Below, piece by piece: positions 8,459 through 17,902 of a DNA stretch of 64,000 bases (its first letter is position 1; each line of letters starts with the position of its first letter). The notes below the pieces were generated by a model. That model was not told the origin of the DNA, searched no databases, and worked only from the letters and a program-made list of their open reading frames with translations. The translations under genes were made by a program, and so were the position numbers. The DNA lies in assembly GCA_947624565.1 (NCBI GenBank), contig CANQKX010000001.1, positions 44,587 through 108,586 on the forward strand, read 5' to 3'. Source of the DNA: an uncultured Bacilli bacterium (GTDB lineage: Bacteria > Bacillota_I > Bacilli_A > RF39 > UBA660).

Positions 8459-9187
8459 TTAATGTTTTTTATGCAAGTACAATTCATCAATTTTACTATA
8501 TATTTTATTAAATAATGCCAAATTACCATCATTTGTTATATATACTGAATTTGATTTTGTTAAATAATCTTCATTTTTATTTAATATACTAAATGTATCA
8601 ATAAAAATTATATTTTTTTTAGTCATTAGATTTTTTACTTTTTTATTTATATAATCGTAATATTTGTTGTTATCTATATTATTAGTATCATTAAAATAAC
8701 CTAAAAATATAATATTACCATCATTTATTTTTTTTATCTTATCTATCAATTTTTGTAAATCTGTTATTACTTCATCTAAATAGGCATATACAATATTATC
8801 ATTATTTTCATCAGTATCTAATTTTGATAATTTATAATTTATTTCATTATTTCCTATATTTAGTACAAGCAAATTAGTTCTCTTTAAAATATTTTGAATA
8901 GTTATATCATCTATTTCAATATTATCGTCTATATTATTTATTAAATCTGTTATTCTTATATCTTTACTAATAAAATCTTTACTATAAAATCCAAAATCTT
9001 TTTGTTCAATTAATTTTTCATATATTAAATCAGAAAAATTTTTTGACATTAAATTATTTGAAAAAATATCTTTATCACCAATTATAGTATAATTTATTTC
9101 TTCTTTTTCATTATGAATATATGTAAATAAAACTAATAAAGAAAAGAAAATTAGAACAATTAGTACTTTCATTTTCATTAAACCCAT
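8459..9187 (-). CDS. hypothetical secreted/anchored protein (signal-anchor N-terminus); YwmB-like by position next to murA
   Basis: N-terminal hydrophobic segment (MKVLIVLIFFSLLVLF) and an N/D/I-rich body with no recognisable catalytic motif. Sits between murA and rpmE, where B. subtilis has ywmB; positional evidence only. Confidence 0.35.
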   Translation of the reverse strand: MGLMKMKVLIVLIFFSLLVLFTYIHNEKEEINYTIIGDKDIFSNNLMSKNFSDLIYEKLIEQKDFGFYSKDFISKDIRITDLINNIDDNIEIDDITIQNILKRTNLLVLNIGNNEINYKLSKLDTDENNDNIVYAYLDEVITDLQKLIDKIKKINDGNIIFLGYFNDTNNIDNNKYYDYINKKVKNLMTKKNIIFIDTFSILNKNEDYLTKSNSVYITNDGNLALFNKIYSKIDELYLHKKH

Positions 9188-9203
9188 CCTTTATACTAAT
9201 AAA

Positions 9204-10460
9204 TTATATTTCGATAAGTTTTATTTTAGCACCTAATTTTTCTAATTTTTCTACAATGTTTTCATATCCTCTTAATATATAATCTGCATTATTTATAGTT
9301 GTTTCACCTTCAGCAATTAATGCCGCTATAACTAATCCTGCGCCTGCACGCAAATCAGTTGCTGTTATATCTTCTGATTTTAATTTTGTTGGACCTTTTA
9401 TATATCCTTTATTTGATACTACTTTTATATTTGCTCCCATTTTTCGAAGTTCATATAAATTTTGAAATCTATTTTCAAATATTGTTTCTTCTATTTTTGA
9501 TTCTCCTGTTGCTTGAGTCATTAAAGTTGCAATTATTTGTTGCATATCTGTTGGAAAACCTGGGTAAACTAAGGTAGTTACTTTAGTCGCTTTTAGTTTA
9601 TTTTTATTTGTAACATATATTTTATCATCATCTATTTTCAAATCCACACCCATTTCAAGTAATTTTTGAATTAGTGCTTCCAGATGTTCTGGTATAATAT
9701 TTTCTACAGTTAAATTTTCTGATAATAAGGCTCCTATCATTATATATGTGGCAGCTTCTATCCTATCTGGAATAACTTCATGCGTACAAGATTTTAAGTA
9801 TTGAACCCCTTTTATTTTTATTGTATTTGTTCCTGCTCCTGTTATTTTTGCTCCCATAGAATTTAAAAACATGGCAATATTTACTACTTCTGGTTCTCTT
9901 GCTGCATTATCTATAATCGTTACACCTTTTGCTTTTACTGCTGCCAACATAATATTTATTGTAGCCCCTACACTCGCTATATCTAAGTATATATTGCTTC
10001 CTATTAACTCATCTGCAGTAATTATTACTTTATTACCTTTTTGTTCTACTTTGGCACCTAAAGATTCAAATCCCTTTAAATGTAAATCTATCGGACGAGA
10101 TCCTATTGTACATCCTCCTGGAAATGATACTTCTGCTTTCTTATATTTACCTAATAATGCCCCCATAAAGTAATATGAAGCTCTTAATTTTCTAGTCATA
10201 TCTTCAGTTATTTCCTTATTTTCTATATTACAAGATGCAATATAAAAACTATCTTGTGACTTTTTTTCTACTTTTGCATTTAAATATTTTAATATGGAAT
10301 TTAATGAATCTATATCTGAAATATTTGGTACATTTAAAATATGTACATTTTCATCACATAATATTGCAGCTGGAAATAAAGCTACTGCGCTATTCTTTGC
10401 TCCACTTATTTTTACTGTACCATTTAGCTTTCTTCCACCATCAATTTTAAGTATCTTCAT
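9204..10460 (-). CDS. murA: UDP-N-acetylglucosamine 1-carboxyvinyltransferase
   Basis: MKILKIDGGRKLNGTVKISGAKNSAVALFPAAIL...; full-length MurA (418 aa). Confidence 0.9.
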   Translation of the reverse strand: MKILKIDGGRKLNGTVKISGAKNSAVALFPAAILCDENVHILNVPNISDIDSLNSILKYLNAKVEKKSQDSFYIASCNIENKEITEDMTRKLRASYYFMGALLGKYKKAEVSFPGGCTIGSRPIDLHLKGFESLGAKVEQKGNKVIITADELIGSNIYLDIASVGATINIMLAAVKAKGVTIIDNAAREPEVVNIAMFLNSMGAKITGAGTNTIKIKGVQYLKSCTHEVIPDRIEAATYIMIGALLSENLTVENIIPEHLEALIQKLLEMGVDLKIDDDKIYVTNKNKLKATKVTTLVYPGFPTDMQQIIATLMTQATGESKIEETIFENRFQNLYELRKMGANIKVVSNKGYIKGPTKLKSEDITATDLRAGAGLVIAALIAEGETTINNADYILRGYENIVEKLEKLGAKIKLIEI

Positions 10461-10537
10461 ATTTACCTCCTGATATATTAATATATGTTTTCTAATCTTA
10501 TTTTACCATATTTTATAAAAAGAAAAAATACTCAAAA

Positions 10538-10566
10538 ATGAGTATTTTATAACTATAATTATTTTC
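10538..10566 (-). terminator. intrinsic terminator downstream of the lipoprotein gene
   Basis: Hairpin AAAATACTCA-aaaa-TGAGTATTTT. A U-run follows on the minus-strand transcript (AUUUUUUCU). Confidence 0.45.
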
Positions 10567-10597
10567 TTTTTATTAATTTTTTTTAATTATACTAAAT

Positions 10598-11563
10598 TTA
10601 CATAATTTTTTTTAATACATTATTTTTTGATTGGGTATTTGACATATTAGAGTTTTGTTGTATTTTTTCATACATTTGCTCTTGATTTGAACACATACCT
10701 TCTTCATATTTTGTATATATTAAACTTGCTTTAATTTGAAAAATTTCATTTGCTAATTCTAATGGTATTTCTTGACCATTTCTATCTAGGCTTTCATATA
10801 ATGCAAGTTTATCAGATTCTTCATCAGTCATCGCAATTTTAAAATCATTTCCTTCTGAATCTATTATATTAGTTCCATTTGTTGCAAGTACTGTTAAATA
10901 TGTTAATCTTCTATTACATAAATTTTTTACATAATTTATTCCTTCGCTATCAACTTCGCTATTCATATGTCCTTGATCATTATTGTATGATTTTTCCATT
11001 TTAACAATTGCATGTGCTAAGTTTTGTTTATCTTGTTCTGTTATATTTCCATTAACAGCAGATTGTTGTATAGAATCTCTTAATACTTCATATTCAAGAA
11101 CATCTTGTTTTACTTCTTCATTATTTATAAAAGGTGTTAATGTAGGAGCTTGCGCAGGTGTAAAGGTTAAAGGAATATTATTTTTTGTATTATCAATAGC
11201 TTGTATTAAAGTATCTGATAAAATTATTTGATCCATTAAATATATTGCATCATTTAAATCATCTTCAGTTAACCCTGTTAAATCATCATTTATTATTTTT
11301 ATCATGTTTTCTACTTGAATAACATCTATACCTATATAATCATAAAATTCTCTATATTGACTATATGACTGCATAGCTAACTGTTCATAACTATTTGAAT
11401 CTTCTTGTTGAATTTGTTCTTGTTGTATTGTTGAAGATTGCTGTGTAGTTGTTTGTTGATTTTGATTAGTTTTACCACAACCTGATAAAGAGGCAAACAT
11501 ACTTGCAATTAATGTTGAAGTTAACATTTTTTTTCTTAATTCATTTTTTCTTTCTTTAGTCAT
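10598..11563 (-). CDS. hypothetical lipoprotein (lipobox LSGC), Q/N-rich
   Basis: Signal peptide MLTSTLIASMFASLSG|C, then a Q/T-rich linker and a globular domain with two Cys. No family recognised. Confidence 0.5.
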   Translation of the reverse strand: MTKERKNELRKKMLTSTLIASMFASLSGCGKTNQNQQTTTQQSSTIQQEQIQQEDSNSYEQLAMQSYSQYREFYDYIGIDVIQVENMIKIINDDLTGLTEDDLNDAIYLMDQIILSDTLIQAIDNTKNNIPLTFTPAQAPTLTPFINNEEVKQDVLEYEVLRDSIQQSAVNGNITEQDKQNLAHAIVKMEKSYNNDQGHMNSEVDSEGINYVKNLCNRRLTYLTVLATNGTNIIDSEGNDFKIAMTDEESDKLALYESLDRNGQEIPLELANEIFQIKASLIYTKYEEGMCSNQEQMYEKIQQNSNMSNTQSKNNVLKKIM

Positions 11564-11583
11564 TTCTTATTCCTCCTTTAAAA

Positions 11584-12753
11584 TTACATATGATATGTTA
11601 ATCTATTTGAACCATAATAAGTTACATCATCTTCATCATCTTCTATTGGCATATCATCATCATAACTTGGTGCTTCTTCTTCAATAATTATTTCCTCTGT
11701 TGTTATAGTTTCTTCTGTTGTTTCTTGTGTTGATGGTGCAGATGTATTTTCTTGTTTTGATGGTTTTGATGTATTTTCTTGTGTTGATGGTTTTGATGTA
11801 TTTTCTTCTATTGGCATATCCTTTGGTATTTCTGGTGCTTTTTCTTCTGTTGTTACTGTTTCTTCTGTTGTTTCTTGTTTTGATGTTGAATTTTGATTAT
11901 TATTAAAAGGATAATCAACCGCTGGTGCTGATTCTGTTGTTGATTGTGGAATTACATGTGTTTGTGGTTTATTATCACCAATACCTGGATCTAATGGTTT
12001 AGGATTTGAGAAATATCCTGAATTAATGTTACTTCCATTGTTATTAGGATTACTATTAATAGAACCATTATTAGAATTACTATTATTTTGATTTACAGAA
12101 TTATTTGGTGTTACTATAGTATATTTTTCTGTTGATGTTGAATTTTGTTGATTCTGTATTGTATTTTCTTGAATTTGAGTTGTATTTGTTTCAACTTGAG
12201 TTGTATTTTGTTGCATACTATTACTATCTGTTATATTATCATTATATTGATTATCTTGTGTTGTTATTTCTGTACTAGTTTGCATTGTTTTATGATCATT
12301 TTTATTATTGTTTAATTGTTTAATACCAAATACCCCAGCAACTAATGCTGCTCCTATTGAAAATCCTAAAATACATTTTTTAAATCTTCTTCTCTTTATA
12401 AGTTTATTAAGAGATGTTGATTTATCTATATTTTTAATATATCTATTACTTGAAGAGTAAACATTTTTTTGATTAATTTTACTTTCAGCATATTCCTTTT
12501 CTTTTTCATTGTTTGTTGTTTCAATGATTTTTTCTAATTCTTCTTCATCTAATTTTTTGAAATATCTTTCATTACTAAAAAGTATTTTTCTTAATTCTTT
12601 ATACTCCTTTTCTAGATATTCAATCTTTCTTGTATCATTATTTCTTTTTGCAGAAATATATTGTCCTCTTAAATTTTCTATTTGTTCTTTTATATCTTCT
12701 AAAGTTGTTAATTTTACTGTAGATTTTGGTTTATTTGCTTTATTATTTGGCAT
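11584..12753 (-). CDS. hypothetical bitopic membrane protein: cytoplasmic coiled-coil N-domain, 1 TM, extracellular N/Q/T/S-rich low-complexity region with 9-aa repeats
   Basis: Basic coiled-coil N-terminus (KEQIENLRGQYISAKRN...), a TM segment (ILGFSIGAALVAGVFGI), then low-complexity sequence with (ENTSKPS[TK]Q)x3 and an acidic C-terminus. RBS AGAGGGGGA. Confidence 0.5.
   Translation of the reverse strand: MPNNKANKPKSTVKLTTLEDIKEQIENLRGQYISAKRNNDTRKIEYLEKEYKELRKILFSNERYFKKLDEEELEKIIETTNNEKEKEYAESKINQKNVYSSSNRYIKNIDKSTSLNKLIKRRRFKKCILGFSIGAALVAGVFGIKQLNNNKNDHKTMQTSTEITTQDNQYNDNITDSNSMQQNTTQVETNTTQIQENTIQNQQNSTSTEKYTIVTPNNSVNQNNSNSNNGSINSNPNNNGSNINSGYFSNPKPLDPGIGDNKPQTHVIPQSTTESAPAVDYPFNNNQNSTSKQETTEETVTTEEKAPEIPKDMPIEENTSKPSTQENTSKPSKQENTSAPSTQETTEETITTEEIIIEEEAPSYDDDMPIEDDEDDVTYYGSNRLTYHM
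11714..11821. repeat. 27-bp tandem repeat (3 full and 1 partial unit) encoding the ENTSKPSTQ repeats
   Basis: GATGTATTTTCTTGT[T/G]TTGATGGTTTT recurs at 11741, 11768 and 11795, with a degenerate copy upstream. Confidence 0.55.
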
Positions 12754-12785
12754 ATTAATCCCCCTCTTTCAAATTGACGAGGTCT

Positions 12786-12814
12786 ATAATAACATAACTT
12801 ACTGTATTTGTCAA
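12786..12814 (-). promoter_or_regulatory. near-consensus sigma-A promoter for the repeat-protein gene
   Basis: Minus strand: TTGACA (reverse complement of 12809-12814), a 17-nt spacer, then TATTAT (reverse complement of 12786-12791). Confidence 0.45.
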
Positions 12815-12851
12815 ATATTTTTGCATAAAAATAAGACTTATGAATAAGTCT

Positions 12852-13385
12852 TTATTTAAAAAATTTATCTATTAATTCTTTAACAAAAAAAGTATACTCT
12901 GCATCTGTTGTTTCTTCTTCAGAAACTTCTACTAAACATAACGGTGGAAATAATACACACCAAAAGTTATCTCCTTTTGCTTCACCAAGTGCTATAACAA
13001 GTGATTCATACTTTCCTTCTTTATATTCTATTCCTTTATATTCTTTTTTTGGAAAATAATTATATCCGTAATTAACTTCATATTTTTTATCATAATTTAA
13101 TTTTTCTAATGTTTCTTTTACAAGATTTTCTATTTCATTTATATTTTCTTTTAATACTTTTCTTGTACTTTCTAAAGTAGTTTTACCTTTTAGTAACTCA
13201 AATATTTTATTTTGAACAACATTTCTTATTTGTAACTTTATATTTTGATCATATATAGTATTACTATTTGCTATTACTCTAAATCTTATAGCTTCATCAG
13301 GAATTATATCTTCTGCTTTATTTATATTATTATATACAAATATTAGTGAGATAATTGATATTACTAATATTATTACTTTTTTCAT
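12852..13385 (-). CDS. spoIIR: stage II sporulation protein R (SpoIIR, forespore signal for pro-sigmaE processing), probable
   Basis: Signal peptide, IRFRVIANSNTIYDQNIKLQIRNVV and NFWCVLFPPLC motifs characteristic of SpoIIR. Located next to prmC-prfA as in B. subtilis. A terminator hairpin at ~12828-12857 overlaps its stop. Confidence 0.55.
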   Translation of the reverse strand: MKKVIILVISIISLIFVYNNINKAEDIIPDEAIRFRVIANSNTIYDQNIKLQIRNVVQNKIFELLKGKTTLESTRKVLKENINEIENLVKETLEKLNYDKKYEVNYGYNYFPKKEYKGIEYKEGKYESLVIALGEAKGDNFWCVLFPPLCLVEVSEEETTDAEYTFFVKELIDKFFK

Positions 13386-13430
13386 AAAAAAATCATCCTT
13401 TCAAAATACTTATGGATGATTTATTTCTTT

Positions 13431-14150
13431 TTATTCAAAATTATGTATAAATATCATTCTATCTCTTTGTTGTAAATCTTTTTTTACTTCTATTGTTGGA
13501 TTTTTTAAATACTTATTTATAATAGATATAATATCTTTTGCCTGATTCATACCTATTTCAAAACATATTAGATATTTATCATTTATTATTTTATTTATAT
13601 TTCTTAATATTTCTTCATAGTAATATAAACCTTTGTTATCTGCAAATAAAGCAATATGAGGTTCATTATTATATACTATATCCATTATTTTTTCATCATA
13701 TGAAATATATGGTGGATTACTTATTATACAATCAAATTTGTTATTTATACCATCATATAAATTTGTATGAATGAAATTTATGTTAACATTATTTCTTTTA
13801 GAATTGTGTTTTGCTACTTTTAAGGCTTTTTTTGATATATCTGTTGCAGTTATATTTATCTTTTCATTTTGTTTTTTTAATGCAATTGATATACATCCTG
13901 ATCCTGTTCCTATATCTAAAACTTCTATATTTCCCTTAAAATATTTATTTATATATTTCAATGTATTTTCTACTAGTTCTTCTGTCTCAAATCTTGGAAT
14001 AAGTACATTTTTATTAACATTTATCTTATATCCATAAAAATCTACATTACCAATAATATATTGTACAGGAATACCCTTTTCTAGTTTTCGTTTAGCTTTT
14101 TTTAAATTCTTTTTATCTACATTTTTTTCTAAATATTCTAAATCTGTCAT
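13431..14150 (-). CDS. prmC: release factor glutamine N5-methyltransferase (PrmC/HemK)
   Basis: SAM-binding motif DIGTGSGCISI and catalytic NPPY (IISNPPYISYDE). Immediately downstream of prfA. Confidence 0.85.
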   Translation of the reverse strand: MTDLEYLEKNVDKKNLKKAKRKLEKGIPVQYIIGNVDFYGYKINVNKNVLIPRFETEELVENTLKYINKYFKGNIEVLDIGTGSGCISIALKKQNEKINITATDISKKALKVAKHNSKRNNVNINFIHTNLYDGINNKFDCIISNPPYISYDEKIMDIVYNNEPHIALFADNKGLYYYEEILRNINKIINDKYLICFEIGMNQAKDIISIINKYLKNPTIEVKKDLQQRDRMIFIHNFE

Positions 14151-15205
14151 TATTCTCCTGCTAATTTTCTTCTTTGATCTTCATTTATTAATGCTTCTAT
14201 TATTTCATCTAACTTACCTTGCATGACTCTATCAAGCTGCATTATTGTTAAATTTATTCTATGATCAGTGACTCTATTTTGTGGATAATTATATGTTCTT
14301 ATTTTTTCTGCTCTATCTCCTGTACCTATTTTACTTCTTCTTTCATCTTCTATTTGTGCATTTTGTTGTTTTTGTAAATCTTCATATATTTTGCTTTTTA
14401 ACACTTGCATTGCTCTTTCTTTGTTCTTAAGTTGACTTCTTTCATTTTGACAAGTAACAACTGTATTAGTTGGTAAATATGTAATTCTAACTGCACTATC
14501 TGTTGTATTTACTCCTTGTCCTCCTGCTCCTGTACTTCTATATACATCTATTCTTAAATCTGATTCTTTTATTTCTATATCTATATCTTCAACTTCTGGA
14601 AGAACTGCTACTGTCGCTGTTGATGTGTGAACTCTTCCTTGTGATTCTGTAGTTGGAACCCTTTGAACTCTATGTGTTCCTGATTCATATTTTAATTTTG
14701 AATATACACTATCTCCTTTTATTACAAATTCAATTTGTGAATATCCTCCACTTGTTCCTTCTATTTCATTTATTATTTCAACTTTCCATCCCATGTTTTC
14801 TGCATACCTGCAGTACATATCAAATAAATCACCTGCAAAAAGATTTGCTTCATCTCCTCCTGCGGCTCCTCTTATTTCAACAATTATATTTTTGTCATCA
14901 TTTGGATCTTTAGGTAATAGTAATACTTCTAATTGCTTTTCTACATCTTCTTTTTGCTGTTGTAAATTTGATAATTCTTCCTTAGCAAAAGATGCCATCT
15001 CTTTATCATTTAACATTTCTTTTGCTTCTGTTATATCTTCTTGTATTCTTTTATACTCTTTATATTTTTCTATTATTTCCGTAAGTGATGATTGTTCTTT
15101 AGATAGAGTAGTCATCTTTTTAACATCACTTAAAACTTCTGGTTTACTTAATTCTTCAGTTAAGAAATTGTATCTTGCTAAAGTAGCTTCTAATCTATCT
15201 ATCAT
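14150..15205 (-). CDS. prfA: peptide chain release factor 1
   Basis: GGQ motif (RSTGAGGQGVNTTDSAVRITY) and an RF1-type N-terminus MIDRLEATLARY... Confidence 0.9.
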   Translation of the reverse strand: MIDRLEATLARYNFLTEELSKPEVLSDVKKMTTLSKEQSSLTEIIEKYKEYKRIQEDITEAKEMLNDKEMASFAKEELSNLQQQKEDVEKQLEVLLLPKDPNDDKNIIVEIRGAAGGDEANLFAGDLFDMYCRYAENMGWKVEIINEIEGTSGGYSQIEFVIKGDSVYSKLKYESGTHRVQRVPTTESQGRVHTSTATVAVLPEVEDIDIEIKESDLRIDVYRSTGAGGQGVNTTDSAVRITYLPTNTVVTCQNERSQLKNKERAMQVLKSKIYEDLQKQQNAQIEDERRSKIGTGDRAEKIRTYNYPQNRVTDHRINLTIMQLDRVMQGKLDEIIEALINEDQRRKLAGE

Positions 15206-15213
15206 TTTTTCAC

Positions 15214-15657
15214 CTATTCTTCTAATTCTTCTTCGTCTACTATTGATAAATCTTCTAATTCATCATCAGGTAAGTCATCAATATCATCATCACTATAATC
15301 ATCTTCAATTACTGAATCTTCTTCACTATCTTCAACATCTTGTTCTTCATTATCTTCAGAATCTTCATCAACGACTTCATCTTCGCCTTCATCTACAACT
15401 ACTTTTACAACATGATTTTCTTTTAAATCCCAATTAACACTATCAATTAAGATAAATCTTTTATCTGTTGAAAGAGCAGTAAAGAAATCACCTATTTTTG
15501 ATTCAAACTCCTCTTCACTCATTTCAAGTAAATTACATACTTCCTTAAATAAATTTGGAGTATTATATTGTTTTTTATCTTCCTTTATTATTTCATAAGC
15601 TATATCTGTATAACTCATTAATTCTAAATCTAGTTTTTCTTTTTTTCTTATACTCAT
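15214..15657 (-). CDS. rpoE: DNA-directed RNA polymerase delta subunit (RpoE)
   Basis: N-terminal HARE-HTH-like domain (SYTDIAYEIIKEDKK...FILIDSVNWDLKE) followed by a long poly-acidic C-terminal tail. Confidence 0.75.
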   Translation of the reverse strand: MSIRKKEKLDLELMSYTDIAYEIIKEDKKQYNTPNLFKEVCNLLEMSEEEFESKIGDFFTALSTDKRFILIDSVNWDLKENHVVKVVVDEGEDEVVDEDSEDNEEQDVEDSEEDSVIEDDYSDDDIDDLPDDELEDLSIVDEEELEE

Positions 15658-15720
15658 AATATTAATCCTTTCATTTATAAATATTCATTATATGTATATG
15701 TATTATATAATTTTATGACT

Positions 15721-17430
15721 TTACATTTTATCTGGCATCTTTATACCAAGTAATCCACATCCTGTTTTTAATACACTACCAACCATATCTATTAGATATA
15801 ATCTTGCTTTTCTTTCTTCAATATCATCTGATAATACTTTATTTTGATTATAAAATAAACTATATGCTTGTGCTAAATCAATTAAATATCTAGATACTAT
15901 ATATGGTTCATTTTTATTTGATGCTTGAATTACTACATCAGTAAAATTATAAAGCAATTTAACTATATTATATGATAGTTCGTCATTAAGTTTACTATAG
16001 TTTATATCTTTTAGCAATACATTTTCATTAGATTTTTCAATTATGCTTTTAATTCTTACATACATGTATTGAATATAAGGACATGTTTCACCCTGAAATG
16101 AAAGCATTTCATCTAAATCAAAAACTTCATCTTTTATTCTAGAATTATATAAATCACTAAATATAACTGCCCCTATTCCAACCTTTTGTGCTACATCATC
16201 ACTATTATCTAAGTTTGGATTTTTTTCTTCTATTATTTCTTTTGCTTTTGTGATTGATTCATTTAATATATCTTCTAATTTTATGAAATTTCCTTTTCTT
16301 GTAGACATTTTTCCTTCTTTTAAACGATACATTCCATAAGATACGTGTATTAACCCTTTTATGTATTTTTCGTCTAAATCTAGATATTTTGCTACCTCAA
16401 ATACTTGTTTAAAATGAAGATCTTGTTCATATCCTGTAACATAAATACTTTTATCATAGTCATAAGTTTTAGCCCTATACATAATAGCAGCTAAATCACG
16501 TGTAGCATAAATAGATGATCCATTTGCCTTTTGAACTATACAAGGGGTTTTTATTCCTGCATCTTCTAAATTTACAATTTTTGCACCCTCTGATTCTATT
16601 AATTTTCCATTTTTTTCTAGTTTATTTATTATTTCTTCCATATTTTTTGCATAAGATGCTTCTCCTTTATATGAATCAAATTTTATGTCTAACAACTTAT
16701 ATATTTTTTCAAAATCTATCATACTTAGGTCTTTAAACTTATTCCACAAGTCTACGCAATATTTGTCTCCTTGTTCTAAAAGTCTAAAATTTTCTCTGCA
16801 TCTTTCTAATACATTTTCATCTTCACTACATAGTTTATTTATTCTTACATACATATCTACCATTTGATCCATTGCATTTTCTTGTAAATTATATTCTTTT
16901 CCCCACATTTTATATGCTTCTATTAATTTACCAAATTGAGTCCCATAATCGCCTAAATGATTAATACCAATGGTATTATAACCTAAAAATTTATATATAT
17001 TATATAATGCATGTCCTATTACAGTTGTTCTTAAATGTCCTATATGAAATGGTTTTGCAATATTTGGTGAAGAATACTCTATTAATACTGTTTTATTTGT
17101 TCCTATATCTGATTTGCCATAATCTTGCCTTTTTAATTCATATTCTTTGAAAACTTCTTTTGTTAAATATTCTTTATCTATATAAAAATTTAAATATCCA
17201 TTTACACTTTCAACTTTTTCTATAAATTTTGGAAGTTTTAATTTTTCTTTTAATTCTTCAGATATTTGATTAGGAGATTTTTTTAACTGTTTTGATAAAG
17301 TAAAACAAGGAAAAGTATAATCACCTTTATCTTTTTCTTTTATTAAAGATATATTTTGATATATCATATCTTTTTGTATTGATATTACTTCTGATATTAA
17401 ATCTGTTATTTCTTGTTTAAAATTTAACAT
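15721..17430 (-). CDS. argS: arginine--tRNA ligase
   Basis: Class I HIGH motif (PNIAKPFHIGHLR); 569 aa with an ArgS-type anticodon-binding C-terminus ending ...KM. Confidence 0.9.
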   Translation of the reverse strand: MLNFKQEITDLISEVISIQKDMIYQNISLIKEKDKGDYTFPCFTLSKQLKKSPNQISEELKEKLKLPKFIEKVESVNGYLNFYIDKEYLTKEVFKEYELKRQDYGKSDIGTNKTVLIEYSSPNIAKPFHIGHLRTTVIGHALYNIYKFLGYNTIGINHLGDYGTQFGKLIEAYKMWGKEYNLQENAMDQMVDMYVRINKLCSEDENVLERCRENFRLLEQGDKYCVDLWNKFKDLSMIDFEKIYKLLDIKFDSYKGEASYAKNMEEIINKLEKNGKLIESEGAKIVNLEDAGIKTPCIVQKANGSSIYATRDLAAIMYRAKTYDYDKSIYVTGYEQDLHFKQVFEVAKYLDLDEKYIKGLIHVSYGMYRLKEGKMSTRKGNFIKLEDILNESITKAKEIIEEKNPNLDNSDDVAQKVGIGAVIFSDLYNSRIKDEVFDLDEMLSFQGETCPYIQYMYVRIKSIIEKSNENVLLKDINYSKLNDELSYNIVKLLYNFTDVVIQASNKNEPYIVSRYLIDLAQAYSLFYNQNKVLSDDIEERKARLYLIDMVGSVLKTGCGLLGIKMPDKM

Positions 17431-17432
17431 TT

Positions 17433-17816
17433 TTACACCTCCTTTATATTTACTTCATATATAAATTTTCCTGAGTATTCATCTTGTAAATATAACTCAT
17501 ATTCAATATATAGTCTATCTTTTTTTATTTCCAATTTATTTGTTTTTATTTTAGTATCTATATAAAAATTAAGACTTTTGATAAAATATTTACTTTCTGT
17601 TTCTTTATTTTTTATAAAATTAAAAGTTAAAATTGATTCATTATTTTCCTTATACATAATTATATTATCTTTTTTAATAGTTATTTTTATACTTTCATTA
17701 TCATATTTAAAAGATAATTCATTATTTTTATATTTTGTGTTTATATTTTTCTTTACTATTTTCTCATCATTATTTTGAATTGAAAAATTAATTACATAAT
17801 TCATAAGAATCACCAA
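17433..17816 (-). CDS. DUF1934/YwiB-like small beta-barrel protein (conserved upstream partner of argS)
   Basis: 127 aa whose stop overlaps the argS start. Position and size match B. subtilis ywiB; weak sequence support. Confidence 0.45.
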   Translation of the reverse strand: MVILMNYVINFSIQNNDEKIVKKNINTKYKNNELSFKYDNESIKITIKKDNIIMYKENNESILTFNFIKNKETESKYFIKSLNFYIDTKIKTNKLEIKKDRLYIEYELYLQDEYSGKFIYEVNIKEV

Positions 17817-17902
17817 ACTTTTTTCTAGGAGAATTATATCATATATATATTAAAATTGCACTTATATTTTTCTATTTTTTTTACATAATAAAAATAGAAT
17901 TT

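Noticed and set aside
17817-17902. T-box riboswitch upstream of argS
   Set aside because: The intergenic space (86 nt, and argS is preceded by the DUF1934 gene) is far too short for a T-box leader. No specifier or T-box sequence was seen.
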